Position numbers and translations under genes: made by a program. DNA of 64,000 nt from Candidatus Methylomirabilota bacterium (lineage in GTDB: Bacteria; Methylomirabilota; Methylomirabilia; Rokubacteriales; CSP1-6), in assembly GCA_036556545.1 (NCBI GenBank), contig DATBJF010000020.1, positions 24,869 through 88,868 on the forward strand. The letters are read 5' to 3'. Position 1 is the first letter of the stretch. The number at the start of each line of letters is the position of its first letter. Positions 53,219 through 62,765 of the stretch are shown piece by piece. The notes under the pieces were generated by a model, which saw only the letters and a program-made list of their open reading frames with translations, was not told where the DNA came from and did not search any database.

Positions 53219-53623
53219 GTGGACCTGTACACGCGTCGTCAGCTCACGCTCTTGCTCGTCGTCGTGGTCGTCGCCGGCGCCGGTCTCGGCATCGACCGCT
53301 GGCGGCGCACCGACCCGGAGCAGGTCGAACGGCTCGAAGCCTTCGACCGCGCGCCGGTGACGCCGCCGCCCGCGCGTCCCCCTCGACCGGTCGTGCGCGC
53401 CGTTCCGTCACGCGCGGCCGTCCCGCTCGACCTGAACCGCGCCACCGAGGACGATCTCGATCGGCTGCCCGGCATCGGCCCGGCCCTCGCGGCGCGGATC
53501 GTCGAGATGCGCACCCGGCGCGGGACGTTCGGGGCCGTCGATGAGCTGCGGCGGGTGCGGGGCATCGGCGACGCGATGCTGGCGCGACTGCGTCCGCTGC
53601 TCGCCATCGGCCCCGCCCCGTGA
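53219..53623 (+). CDS. comEA: ComEA-family helix-hairpin-helix DNA-binding protein
   Basis: N-terminal TM. LDLNRATEDDLDRLPGIGPALAARIV...VRGIGDAML HhH pair. Confidence 0.8.
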   Translation: MDLYTRRQLTLLLVVVVVAGAGLGIDRWRRTDPEQVERLEAFDRAPVTPPPARPPRPVVRAVPSRAAVPLDLNRATEDDLDRLPGIGPALAARIVEMRTRRGTFGAVDELRRVRGIGDAMLARLRPLLAIGPAP

Positions 53624-55872
53624 CCGTGCTGGCGATGCCTCTGGCGCCGCTGGCGGCGGCGTTCGCGGCTGGCATCGCCCTCGCGCCGTGGCTGGCGTCC
53701 CGGCCGACGTGGGCCGTCGGCATCGCGGCTCTTGCCCTCACGACGCTCATCCTGGTGGCCGGGCGTCCCGCGCACGCGACCGCGCCGCTCCTGGCCGCTG
53801 TCGTCGCTCTCGGCGCCGTGCGCGCCATGCCGCCGCCCGTTCCGACTGACGACGTCCGGCGACTCGCAATGCCGGCCACGGCACAGGTCCAGGGCCGGCT
53901 TGCGGCGGCGCCGGCGCGATGGGCGCCCGACCGCACCAGGATCGTGCTCGACGTCGAGCGCGTGGACGGTACCGAGCGTTCCGGGCGCATCGCGCTGAAC
54001 GTCTACGGTCCGACGCAGGCGCTCGCGGAGCGCCAGCGCGTGGTGGTGGAGGCACGCCTTCATCGCGCGGTCGGATTCCGCAATCCGGGCGGATTCGATG
54101 GCGGCGCACGGCTCGCGCGCGAGGGCATTCACGTCACGGGCACCGCGGATGCGACCCGTCTCGTGCCGCTGGAGCCGCCGATGCCATCGTGGGCCGCACG
54201 CCTCCGGCAGGCAGCGCTCGAGACGATTGCCGCGCGGCTGCCGCCGGTGTCGTCGGCCCTGCTCGGTGGGCTGCTCCTCGGTGAGCGAACGGACCTTCCC
54301 TCCGACGTGGACGCGGCGTTTCGACAGGCCGGCGTGTACCACGTCCTCGCCGTGTCCGGTTTCAACGTCGCGCTGCTCGCGGGCGCCGTGTGGACGGTGC
54401 TCCGCGCGGCGGGTGGCTCGCGGCGCGTCGCAGCCCTCACGGCCATCGTGGCCGTCCTCGGGTTCGCCGCCGTCGTCGGTCCCGGGCCGTCGGTGGTGCG
54501 CGCGGCCCTCATGGCCGTGCTCGTGCTCGCGGCCGTCGTACTCGACCGCGAGGCCGCCGTGGTCAACAGCCTGGCGCTGGCGGCGCTGGCGATCCTGGCC
54601 GTGCGTCCCGGCGACCTCCTGGATCCCGGATTCCAGCTGTCGTTCGCCGCCACGGCCGGCATCGTGGCCGCACCGATCCCGCGAACCGTGGTCGGCGCCG
54701 CCCTCGGTGTCAGCATCGCGGCCCAGCTCGTAGTGCTGCCGATCACGCTGGCGCACTTCAATCAACTCTCGACGGTCGCCGTCGTCGCGAACCTCGCGGT
54801 GGTCCCGCTGGCGGCGGCCGCCACGATCCTCGGCCTGCTCGCGGTGGCGGCGGCAGCGGTCGCCGACTGGCTCGCGAGCGCCGGGTTCGGTGCGGTGTGG
54901 CCCGTCTTGCTGGCGCTGCGCGGCGCCGTCGCGCTCGCCGCCGGCATCCCCGGAGCGGCGCTTCATCTTCCGGCACCGGGCGGGGCCGCCATCGCGTGCT
55001 ATGCGTGCGGCCTCGGCGCCGCCCTGGGGGCATGGCACGCCGCCGGACCGGCGCGCCGCCGTCTCACCGCCGCGGCCGCCGCCCTGCTCACCGTGGCCGT
55101 CGCGCTGTGGTGGTGGCCGATGCTGACGCCGGCGAGTGGTCGCTTGCGTGTGACGATCCTCGACGTCGGGCAAGGCGATGCCATCGTCATCGAGGCACCC
55201 GACGGCCGCGCCATGGTCGTCGACGCCGGCCCCGGCGGGCCGTGGCGCCTCGACGTCGGCGAGCGCGTCGTCGCACCGTTCCTCTGGAACCGCGGAATCC
55301 TGAGATTGGCGGCAACGGTGGTCACCCACGGCGATCTCGACCACGCGGGCGGGATGGCGGCGCTTCATCGGCTGGTGCCGGTGACCGAACGCTGGGAGAG
55401 GCCGATACCGAGACCGTTCGGTGGCGCCTGGATCACGCCGCTCCACGCGTCGTCGGACAGCGCGCGCCCGAACGATCATGCGATCGTCCTGCGCTTCGAG
55501 CTCGGCCTGGCGTCGATCCTGCTCGCCTCCGACATCGAGGCCGCCGCCGAGCGCGCGCTCGTGGAGCGCCGCGCGCCGCTGGCGGCCACCGTGCTCAAGG
55601 TCGCGCACCACGGCGCCGCCACCTCGAGCACGCCGCCGTTCCTCGCCGCCGTCCGGCCGGCCGTCGCCGTCGTCTCCGTCGGAGCGCGGAACTCGTACGG
55701 CCATCCCGACCCCGGAGTGCTCGCCCGTCTCGCTCGCGCCGGCGTCCGCGTGTATCGCACCGATCGGCACGGGGCCGTCGTGCTCGAGACGGATGGGCGC
55801 ACGCTGAGCGTCACCCGCTGGGCGGATCGGCAGGTCGAGCGCCTGTGCCTCGACCCCGAGTCGATTTGCTAG
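53620..55872 (+). CDS. comEC: DNA internalization competence protein ComEC/Rec2 with metallo-beta-lactamase domain
   Basis: GTGA overlap with comEA. Polytopic competence domain. ILDVGQGDA and [12 protein letters not shown] motifs. Confidence 0.85.
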   Translation: MTVLAMPLAPLAAAFAAGIALAPWLASRPTWAVGIAALALTTLILVAGRPAHATAPLLAAVVALGAVRAMPPPVPTDDVRRLAMPATAQVQGRLAAAPARWAPDRTRIVLDVERVDGTERSGRIALNVYGPTQALAERQRVVVEARLHRAVGFRNPGGFDGGARLAREGIHVTGTADATRLVPLEPPMPSWAARLRQAALETIAARLPPVSSALLGGLLLGERTDLPSDVDAAFRQAGVYHVLAVSGFNVALLAGAVWTVLRAAGGSRRVAALTAIVAVLGFAAVVGPGPSVVRAALMAVLVLAAVVLDREAAVVNSLALAALAILAVRPGDLLDPGFQLSFAATAGIVAAPIPRTVVGAALGVSIAAQLVVLPITLAHFNQLSTVAVVANLAVVPLAAAATILGLLAVAAAAVADWLASAGFGAVWPVLLALRGAVALAAGIPGAALHLPAPGGAAIACYACGLGAALGAWHAAGPARRRLTAAAAALLTVAVALWWWPMLTPASGRLRVTILDVGQGDAIVIEAPDGRAMVVDAGPGGPWRLDVGERVVAPFLWNRGILRLAATVVTHGDLDHAGGMAALHRLVPVTERWERPIPRPFGGAWITPLHASSDSARPNDHAIVLRFELGLASILLASDIEAAAERALVERRAPLAATVLKVAHHGAATSSTPPFLAAVRPAVAVVSVGARNSYGHPDPGVLARLARAGVRVYRTDRHGAVVLETDGRTLSVTRWADRQVERLCLDPESIC

Positions 55873-55906
55873 AATCGCGAAATTCCGGTCCGCGAGGGAG
55901 AGCGAC

Positions 55907-57142
55907 GTGGCGAGAGTCAACGACCATTATCTGCGTCTGAAGAGTAGCTATCTCTTCACCGAGATCGCCAGACGCGTGAAGGCATTCCAGGCCGCGCATC
56001 CGGAGGCGAAGGTCATCCGGCTCGGCATCGGCGACGTGACCCAACCGCTGGCCCCCGCCATCATCGAGGGGCTGCACCGCGCAGTCGACGAGATGGCGCG
56101 CGCGGAGAGCTTTCGCGGCTACGGGCCGGAGCCCGGCTACGACTTCCTCGCCGAGCTGATCGCCAGGCACGACTACGGCGCGCGCGGGGTCCCGATGAGT
56201 GTCGACGAGATCTTCGTCAGCGACGGCGCGAAGAGCGACACGGGCAACTTCCAGGAGATCTTCAGCGCCGACGCCGTGGTCGCGCTGACCGATCCCGTCT
56301 ATCCGGTCTATCTCGACAGCAACGTGATGGCCGGCCGCGCCGGCGGCGCCGACGCCGGCGGCCGGTACGATCGCATCGTCTATCTGCCCTGCGTCGCCGA
56401 GAACCGCTTCGAACCCCCGTTGCCCGACCGGCCGGTGGATCTCGTGTACCTCTGCTTCCCCAACAACCCGACGGGTTCGGTGCTCGGGCGGCCGGCGCTC
56501 GAGCGCTGGGTGGAGTGGGCGCGGCGCACGGGGGCCATCCTCCTCTACGACGCGGCCTACGAGGCGTACATCAAGGACCCGGACATTCCGCATTCGATCT
56601 ACGAGATCGAGGGCGCGCGCGAAGCGGCGGTCGAGTTTCGCTCCTTCTCCAAGACCGCCGGCTTCACGGGCACGCGGTGCGCGTTCACGGTGGTGCCGAA
56701 GGAGCTCCACGGCCGCGCCGCGAACGGGGACCGCGTGTCGCTCAACGCCCTTTGGCTCCGCCGTCAGTCCACGAAGTTCAATGGCGTGCCGTACATCATC
56801 CAGCGCGGCGCCGCGGCCGTGTACACGCCCGAAGGCCAGAAGCAGGTGCGCGCGACGATCGACTACTACATGGATAACGCGCGCGTCATCCGGGAGGGTC
56901 TGGAGACCGCCGGGCTCACCGTCTATGGCGGCCGGAACGCTCCGTACATCTGGGTGAAGACGCCACCCGGCCTCGATTCATGGGGCTTCTTCGACAAGCT
57001 CTTGAACGAGGCCCATGTCGTCGGCACCCCTGGCGCCGGCTTCGGGCCCAGCGGCGAAGGCTACTTCCGCCTCACCGCCTTCGGCGCCAAAGATCACACC
57101 CAGGAAGCCATCGCCCGCATCAAATCCAACCTGAAACGCTGA
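55907..57142 (+). CDS. dapL: LL-diaminopimelate aminotransferase
   Basis: [73 protein letters not shown]. Confidence 0.85.
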   Translation: MARVNDHYLRLKSSYLFTEIARRVKAFQAAHPEAKVIRLGIGDVTQPLAPAIIEGLHRAVDEMARAESFRGYGPEPGYDFLAELIARHDYGARGVPMSVDEIFVSDGAKSDTGNFQEIFSADAVVALTDPVYPVYLDSNVMAGRAGGADAGGRYDRIVYLPCVAENRFEPPLPDRPVDLVYLCFPNNPTGSVLGRPALERWVEWARRTGAILLYDAAYEAYIKDPDIPHSIYEIEGAREAAVEFRSFSKTAGFTGTRCAFTVVPKELHGRAANGDRVSLNALWLRRQSTKFNGVPYIIQRGAAAVYTPEGQKQVRATIDYYMDNARVIREGLETAGLTVYGGRNAPYIWVKTPPGLDSWGFFDKLLNEAHVVGTPGAGFGPSGEGYFRLTAFGAKDHTQEAIARIKSNLKR

Positions 57143-57151
57143 CGGCGTACG

Positions 57152-57351
57152 GCGAGCGTTGGGGTCCGGCGCCCATTTCGGCGGCCCGCGCCGGCCATTC
57201 CCGAGGTGCGCCACGGCTCCGCCGGGGCGCGCCGAGCGATGGGGCGGTGGGGGCCATTTCGGGGCCCCGCCGACCGTGATCGAGGCCCGCCACGGCTTCG
57301 CCGGGGCGGGCCGAACGTTGGGGGGCTTGGGGGCCATTCGGGGCCCCCATG
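57152..57351 (-). repeat. Array of about 2.5 tandem copies of the GC-rich double-hairpin repeat (copies D1 partial, D2, D3)
   Basis: D2 about 57202-57268, D3 57281-57351, partial D1 57152-57192. All inverted relative to copies A/B. The array fills the gap between convergent dapL and rpoA. Confidence 0.7.
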
Positions 57352-57355
57352 TCAA

Positions 57356-58369
57356 TCAAGTCTCGTAGGCGCGTTCGTACTGGGAGCGGAGGCGCTCCAG
57401 CTCTTCGGGGTCGAGGCGCATCCCGAGCGAGAGGCCCATCTCGCCGAGGATGGTCTTGATCTCGTTCAGCGATTTCTTCCCGAAGTTCTTCGTCTTGAGC
57501 AGCTCGGCCTCGGTCTTCTGGACGAGGTCGGCGATGGTGCGGATGTTCGCCGTCTTGAGGCAGTTGGAGGCGCGCACCGACAGCTCCAGCTCGTCAACGT
57601 TGCGGAAGAGATTGTCGTTGAGCTCGGTCCCGGGCCGCGTCTCGCCGCGCTCGGCGTCCTCTTCCTCCTGCGCGACGAGCTCGGGGAAGTCGGTCAGGAG
57701 ATTGAAATGGTCTTGAAGGATGCGCGACGCCTCACCGACGGCCGCCTGCGGCGTCACGCTGCCGTCCGTCCACACCTCGAGCACCAGCCGCTCGGGCCCG
57801 CCGGGCTCCGCCTTGTCGCCGCCGATCGGCTCCACGTGGAAGTTCACGCGCTTGACCGGCGAGAAGTCCGCGTCGAGGAGGATGGCGTTGATCGGCAGCG
57901 CGTCGGGCTCGCGCTTCTCGGCGGCGACGTAGCCGCGGCCGCGCTCGATGCAGACCTCCATCTCGAGCATGCCGTCCTTGTCGAGGGTGGCCAGCGTCAC
58001 ATCGGGTGTCAGCACCTGGACGTCGGCATCGGCCTCGAAGTCGCCGGCTTTCACGGCCCGCGTGCCCTGCACTTTCAGTCGCAGGATCTTCGGCCGGTTC
58101 ACGTGCAGCGCGAACGTCACCTTCCGCAAATTCATCATGATGTCCAGGGTGTCTTCCTGGACGCCGGGCAGGTGCGAGAACTCGTGGAGCACGTTCTCGA
58201 TCTTCACCCAGGTCGGAGCGGCCCCGTGGATGGCCGAGAGGAGAACCCGCCGGTAGGCGATTCCGACCGTGAGGGCGAAGCCCGGCTCGAAGGGCTCGAT
58301 GACCATCTTGCCGTACACGGGCTCGGTGGCGTTCCAGTCGTGACGAGTGGGGAGCTGCAGCTCCTGCAT
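57356..58369 (-). CDS. rpoA: DNA-directed RNA polymerase alpha subunit (divergent, stand-alone)
   Basis: Start MQELQLP with GGAGG 5 nt upstream. [11 protein letters not shown]...VLHEFS...[21 protein letters not shown]...[10 protein letters not shown]. Confidence 0.85.
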   Translation of the reverse strand: MQELQLPTRHDWNATEPVYGKMVIEPFEPGFALTVGIAYRRVLLSAIHGAAPTWVKIENVLHEFSHLPGVQEDTLDIMMNLRKVTFALHVNRPKILRLKVQGTRAVKAGDFEADADVQVLTPDVTLATLDKDGMLEMEVCIERGRGYVAAEKREPDALPINAILLDADFSPVKRVNFHVEPIGGDKAEPGGPERLVLEVWTDGSVTPQAAVGEASRILQDHFNLLTDFPELVAQEEEDAERGETRPGTELNDNLFRNVDELELSVRASNCLKTANIRTIADLVQKTEAELLKTKNFGKKSLNEIKTILGEMGLSLGMRLDPEELERLRSQYERAYET

Positions 58370-58501
58370 GCGGACCTCCGTGGCAGATTGCGGGGGAAAC
58401 CCCAAGGCCAGTCAGTATACCAAAGACGATCCAGGCGGCCCATGCGGCGTCGCCCGGCCGCTTTTCGAGGCGCGCGAGCGTCGGCAGAGTAGACTCGAAT
58501 C

Positions 58502-59572
58502 ATGAGGCTGCGCTGGTTCGTGCTGCTGGCGCTCGTCGGCGCCGCGACGCTGGGGTGGCTGGCCCTGACGCCGTCACCGGCGCTCCGGCAGGGGCCGCTG
58601 ATCGTCTTCATTCCGCCGCACGAGGGCATCCTGGGCATCTCTTCGCGCCTCGCGGCCGCCGACGTGGTGCGGAACCGGCTGGCCTTCCTCGCCACCGCCG
58701 TCGTGCGCGGTGTCCCGCGGAGTCTCAAGGCCGGCGAGTACGAGATTCCGCAGAACGCCACCACCTGGACCGTCGTCACGCTCCTCGAGAGCGGTCAGGT
58801 GCGGCAGCGCGCCGTGCTCCACCCGGAGGGAGCCACCGTCTCCGAGCTGGGCCGTCTGTTCGAGGCCGAGCAGCTCGCCTCCGCAGAGTCCGTGGCCCGC
58901 GTCGCCGGCGACAAGAAGTTCCTCGCCGCCCATGGCATCGAGGCGGCCACCGCGGAAGGCTACCTTTTCCCCGACACCTATCAGTTCGTTCGGGGGATGA
59001 CGCCCGAGGAAATGCTCGGGCGGATGGCCCAGCGCATGCGCAGCAAGCTCACCCCCACCATCCGGGAGCGCGCGCAGGCCCGCGGTCTGTCGGTGCACGA
59101 GCTGCTCACGCTGGCCTCGATCATCGAGCGCGAGGCGGTGGTGAAGGACGAGCAGCGCCTGATCTCCGCCGTGTTCTGGAACCGCCTGCGCATCGGCATG
59201 CCGTTGCAGGCGGACCCGACCGTGCAATACGCGGTGGCCAAGGAGCGGCGCGCTCTGAGCCGCGCCGACCTGCTCGTGGACCATCCATACAATACCTACG
59301 TCCGCGCCGGGTTGCCGCCCGGGCCCATCGCCAGCCCGGGCCTGGGAGCGATCGAGGCCGCGCTCGACCCGGCCCCGGTGAAGTACCTCTTCTTCGTGGC
59401 CCAGGACGACAAGCGCCACCACTTCTCGATGAGCATCGACGAGCACAATCGCGCGGTGGCGCGCTACCGACGACTGAAACTCTCGGAGGGGGCCTCGGTG
59501 GCCCCCTCCGATGCCTCCCCCAGAACGAGAGCCAGGATTGCGCGGGCAAAGCCCGCGCTCGAAAGGCGGTAA
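58502..59572 (+). CDS. mltG: Endolytic murein transglycosylase MltG (YceG-like)
   Basis: N-terminal TM. YLFPDTYQF, ASIIEREA, LQADPTVQYA, YNTY...GLPPGPIASPG. Confidence 0.85.
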   Translation: MRLRWFVLLALVGAATLGWLALTPSPALRQGPLIVFIPPHEGILGISSRLAAADVVRNRLAFLATAVVRGVPRSLKAGEYEIPQNATTWTVVTLLESGQVRQRAVLHPEGATVSELGRLFEAEQLASAESVARVAGDKKFLAAHGIEAATAEGYLFPDTYQFVRGMTPEEMLGRMAQRMRSKLTPTIRERAQARGLSVHELLTLASIIEREAVVKDEQRLISAVFWNRLRIGMPLQADPTVQYAVAKERRALSRADLLVDHPYNTYVRAGLPPGPIASPGLGAIEAALDPAPVKYLFFVAQDDKRHHFSMSIDEHNRAVARYRRLKLSEGASVAPSDASPRTRARIARAKPALERR

Positions 59573-59622
59573 CTCCGCCTCGCCTGGCGTGACCAAAGTC
59601 CCCGTGCTATAAAACCGGGGCT

Positions 59623-60291
59623 ATGTCGCGGTCGGCGGCGCTTTCCCCTGCTCGCAGTGTCGGGCGCAGTGCGCCTGAGTTTCCGCTGCTTTACCGAACG
59701 CTGCGGGGACCGGTGCGGGCGGCGCTCGAGCGGTGGTTCGATCTGCGTGTCGACGGTCTCGAGCATCTGCCGGCGGCGGGGCCGTACATCGTGGCGGGCA
59801 ACCATCACAACTACCTCGACGGCATCGTCCTCGGCGTCAGCGTGCCGGCGCCGATCTCGTTCATCGTCATGCCGCGGGTGTGGCGGGCCACGCCGCTGCA
59901 CCCGATCTTCCATCGCCACATCCGCTCGATCCCCATCAACCTCCAGCGTCCGGATTTCGGCGCCCTGCGGGGCGCGCTGTCGCACCTCGAGCGCGGCGGC
60001 GTGGTCGGGATCTTCCCCGAGGGGCCCTTCAGCGTGAACGGACGGCTCGAGCGCGGCCTGCCGGGCGTGGCGCTGCTGGCGCTCAAGTCCGGTGTCCCGG
60101 TCGTGCCGGCGGCTCTGCACGGGACCTACGAGGCGCTCCATCGCCGGCGGTTTCACGTCCCGCGGGCGACGCCGCTCGCCGTGCGCTTCGGCCCGCCGCG
60201 GCGCTTCTCGCGGGACGGCGCACGGGGACGTCATGCCCGCCACGGCGTGACCGAGCGCATCATGAACGATATCGCGGCGCTGTTGCCGTGA
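59623..60291 (+). CDS. plsC: 1-acyl-sn-glycerol-3-phosphate acyltransferase family
   Basis: NHHNYLDG (HX4D) and IFPEG motifs. Confidence 0.75.
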   Translation: MSRSAALSPARSVGRSAPEFPLLYRTLRGPVRAALERWFDLRVDGLEHLPAAGPYIVAGNHHNYLDGIVLGVSVPAPISFIVMPRVWRATPLHPIFHRHIRSIPINLQRPDFGALRGALSHLERGGVVGIFPEGPFSVNGRLERGLPGVALLALKSGVPVVPAALHGTYEALHRRRFHVPRATPLAVRFGPPRRFSRDGARGRHARHGVTERIMNDIAALLP

Positions 60292-61661
60292 AGCCCTGGG
60301 GCGGGCGCTTTGCCCAGAGCGCCGACCCGACCGCCGAGCGCTTCACCGCCTCCCTCGCGTTCGACCAGCGGCTGTGGCCCCACGACATCGCCGGCAGCAT
60401 CGCGTGGGCCCGCGCCCTCGCGCGCGCGAGACTGCTGACGGACGCCGAGCGTGACGCGATCGTGAAAGGGCTCGAGGCCGTGCGGGGCGAGCTCGAGGCG
60501 GGAACGTTTCCGTTCCGCCCGGAGCTCGAGGACATTCACATGAACGTCGAGCGCCGCCTGCAAGAGCTGATCGGCGAGGTCGGCGGCAAGCTCCACACCG
60601 GCCGCTCGCGCAACGACCAGATCGCGCTCGACGAGCGGCTCTACCTGAAAGAGGCCGTCGGGCGCACGCGCGAGGGGCTCCGCCGGGTCCAGCAGGCGCT
60701 GGTGGAGCGCGCGGCGGAGACGGCGGACGCCCCGATGCCCGGCTACACGCACCTGCAGCGCGCGCAGCCCGTGGTGCTCGGCCATCACCTGCTCGCCTAC
60801 GTCTTCATGCTCGACCGCGACCGGCAGCGGCTGGCCGCGTGCGCCGCGCGCGCGGATTGCCTGCCGCTCGGCGCCGCGGCGCTGGCCGGTACCGCGTATC
60901 CCATCGACCGTGAGGCGCTCGCGCGCGACCTCGGCTTCGCCAGCGTCAGTCCCAACAGCCTCGACGCCGTGAGCGATCGGGACTACGTGCTGGAGTTCCT
61001 CGGGGCCGCCGCCATCGTCGGCATGCACCTGTCCCGGCTGGCCGCGGACCTGACCCTCTGGGCCACCGCCGAGTTCGGGTTCGTCGAGTTCGCGGACGCG
61101 TTCGCGACGGGCTCGTCCATCATGCCGCAGAAGAAGAACCCCGACGTGGCGGAGCTCGTCCGCGGTAAGAGCGGCCGGCTGTACGGCAATCTCGTCGCAG
61201 TGCTGACGACGATGAAGGGACTGCCGCTGACCTACAACTCCGACATGCAGGAGGACAAGGAGCCGCTCTTCGACTCGGTCGACACGCTCGAGGCGATCCT
61301 CGGCGTGCTGCCGGCGCTCCTCGCCTCGCTGACCTTCCGCACCGAGCGCATGCGGGCCGCCGCCGGCGAGCACTACGCCACGGCCACCGATCTCGCCGAT
61401 TACCTGGTGCGCAAGGGCCTGCCGTTCCGGCAAGCGCACGAGGTGGTGGGCCGCGTCGTGCGTCATGCGCTCGAAGCCGGGCGGCCGCTCGAGGCGCTGC
61501 CGCTGGAGACGCTCCGCCGCTTCTCCCCGCTGATCGAGTCCGACGTGGCTCGCGCCCTCACCGTCGATGCCTCGCTCCGCGCGCGGGCGGTCACCGGCGG
61601 CACGGCGCCGGAGGCGGTGCAGCGCGCGCTCGCTCAGGCGCGCACGCTCATCGCCTCGTGA
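60288..61661 (+). CDS. argH: Argininosuccinate lyase
   Basis: GTG 60288 (GTGA overlap). WGGRF N-terminus. GSSIMPQKKNPD signature. Confidence 0.9.
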   Translation: MKPWGGRFAQSADPTAERFTASLAFDQRLWPHDIAGSIAWARALARARLLTDAERDAIVKGLEAVRGELEAGTFPFRPELEDIHMNVERRLQELIGEVGGKLHTGRSRNDQIALDERLYLKEAVGRTREGLRRVQQALVERAAETADAPMPGYTHLQRAQPVVLGHHLLAYVFMLDRDRQRLAACAARADCLPLGAAALAGTAYPIDREALARDLGFASVSPNSLDAVSDRDYVLEFLGAAAIVGMHLSRLAADLTLWATAEFGFVEFADAFATGSSIMPQKKNPDVAELVRGKSGRLYGNLVAVLTTMKGLPLTYNSDMQEDKEPLFDSVDTLEAILGVLPALLASLTFRTERMRAAAGEHYATATDLADYLVRKGLPFRQAHEVVGRVVRHALEAGRPLEALPLETLRRFSPLIESDVARALTVDASLRARAVTGGTAPEAVQRALAQARTLIAS

Positions 61662-62731
61662 CGCGGCGCCGGGCCCGGCATGCGGCCGTCGTCGGCGTCG
61701 CCCTGCTCGCGCTGGCGGCCTGCGGCAAGCGCGGCAATCCGGTGGCGCCGCAGCTGCGCGCCCCGCGCGCGGTCACCGATCTGAGCGCCACCGCCCGTCA
61801 CGACGGCATCGAGCTGGCCTGGACCTTGCCGCGGCGGCGTGTGGACAACACGCGCCTGTTCGACCCGGGCGTGGCCAGGCTCTACCGCACCGAGGACACC
61901 GGCGCCGGAGAGCCGCGGTCCGCGATGCTGGTGAAGGACCGCATCCCCGGCTACACGGAGATCGCCACCTTCCCGCTGTCGGATCCGGCGGGCACGGAGC
62001 GCGATCGCATCGTCCATACCGATCAGCGCGACCTCACGTTCGGCCGCCGCTATACGTACGTCGTCATCACCACCGATACACGCGGCCATGTGAGCGGGCC
62101 GTCGTCGCGTGCGTCGGTGACGTTCATTGCCGCTCCCGCGCCGCCCACGGCCGTGCGCGCCGAGGCCGGGGACGCGGAGGTCCGCCTGGCGTGGCAGCCC
62201 CCGGCACGGCTCGTGGACGGCACGCCGGTCACCGGCCGACTCGCGTACGAGATCTGGCGGACGCCGGACCCGACGGCGGCGCCGGCCCCGGTGGGGCGGA
62301 CGGCGCCGGGCGAGACGTCCTTCGTGGATCGCGGAATGGCCAACGACGTCACCTATCACTACAGCGTCCGGGCGATCCGCACGGAAGGCGCCGCCACCGG
62401 CACGAGCGCCGCCTCGGTCGTGGCGACGGCGACGCCCGCCAAGACGACGCCGCCGGCACCGCCGAGCGATCTGGCCGCGATCCCGTCGCGTGGCGAAGTG
62501 CGGCTGTCGTGGAAGCCGAGCCCGGCGCCCGACGCGGCCGCCTACGTGATCTACCGCGCGGCGCCCGGCCGCTCGCTCACGAGGATCGGATCGGTCCGCC
62601 CTCCGGCCACGACGTTCGTCGACCGTAACGTGCCGCCCGGCCGGTATCGCTACGTGGTGACCACGCAGGACGCGAGCACGCGCGCCAACGAGAGCGCGCC
62701 GTCCAACGAAGTGATGGTGACCGTGCCTTGA
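61658..62731 (+). CDS. Lipoprotein with three fibronectin-type-III-like repeats
   Basis: Lipobox LLALAAC followed by GKRGNP. Three roughly 95-aa modules, each with an (E/D)(L/V)xLxW strand and a Y(x)Y(x)V strand (GIELAWT..YTYVVIT; EVRLAWQ..YHYSVRA; EVRLSWK..YRYVVTT). Confidence 0.6.
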   Translation: MTRRRARHAAVVGVALLALAACGKRGNPVAPQLRAPRAVTDLSATARHDGIELAWTLPRRRVDNTRLFDPGVARLYRTEDTGAGEPRSAMLVKDRIPGYTEIATFPLSDPAGTERDRIVHTDQRDLTFGRRYTYVVITTDTRGHVSGPSSRASVTFIAAPAPPTAVRAEAGDAEVRLAWQPPARLVDGTPVTGRLAYEIWRTPDPTAAPAPVGRTAPGETSFVDRGMANDVTYHYSVRAIRTEGAATGTSAASVVATATPAKTTPPAPPSDLAAIPSRGEVRLSWKPSPAPDAAAYVIYRAAPGRSLTRIGSVRPPATTFVDRNVPPGRYRYVVTTQDASTRANESAPSNEVMVTVP

Positions 62732-62765
62732 CTTCACGCCGGAAAAGGGCAACGATCTCTTGCAC

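Noticed and set aside
57152-57351. CRISPR array, suggested by regularly spaced GC-rich palindromic repeats.
   Set aside because: There are only about 2.5 units. The units are about 70 nt long, contiguous apart from roughly 10-nt joints, and have no unique spacers. The same element occurs singly at three other loci, and no cas genes are present.
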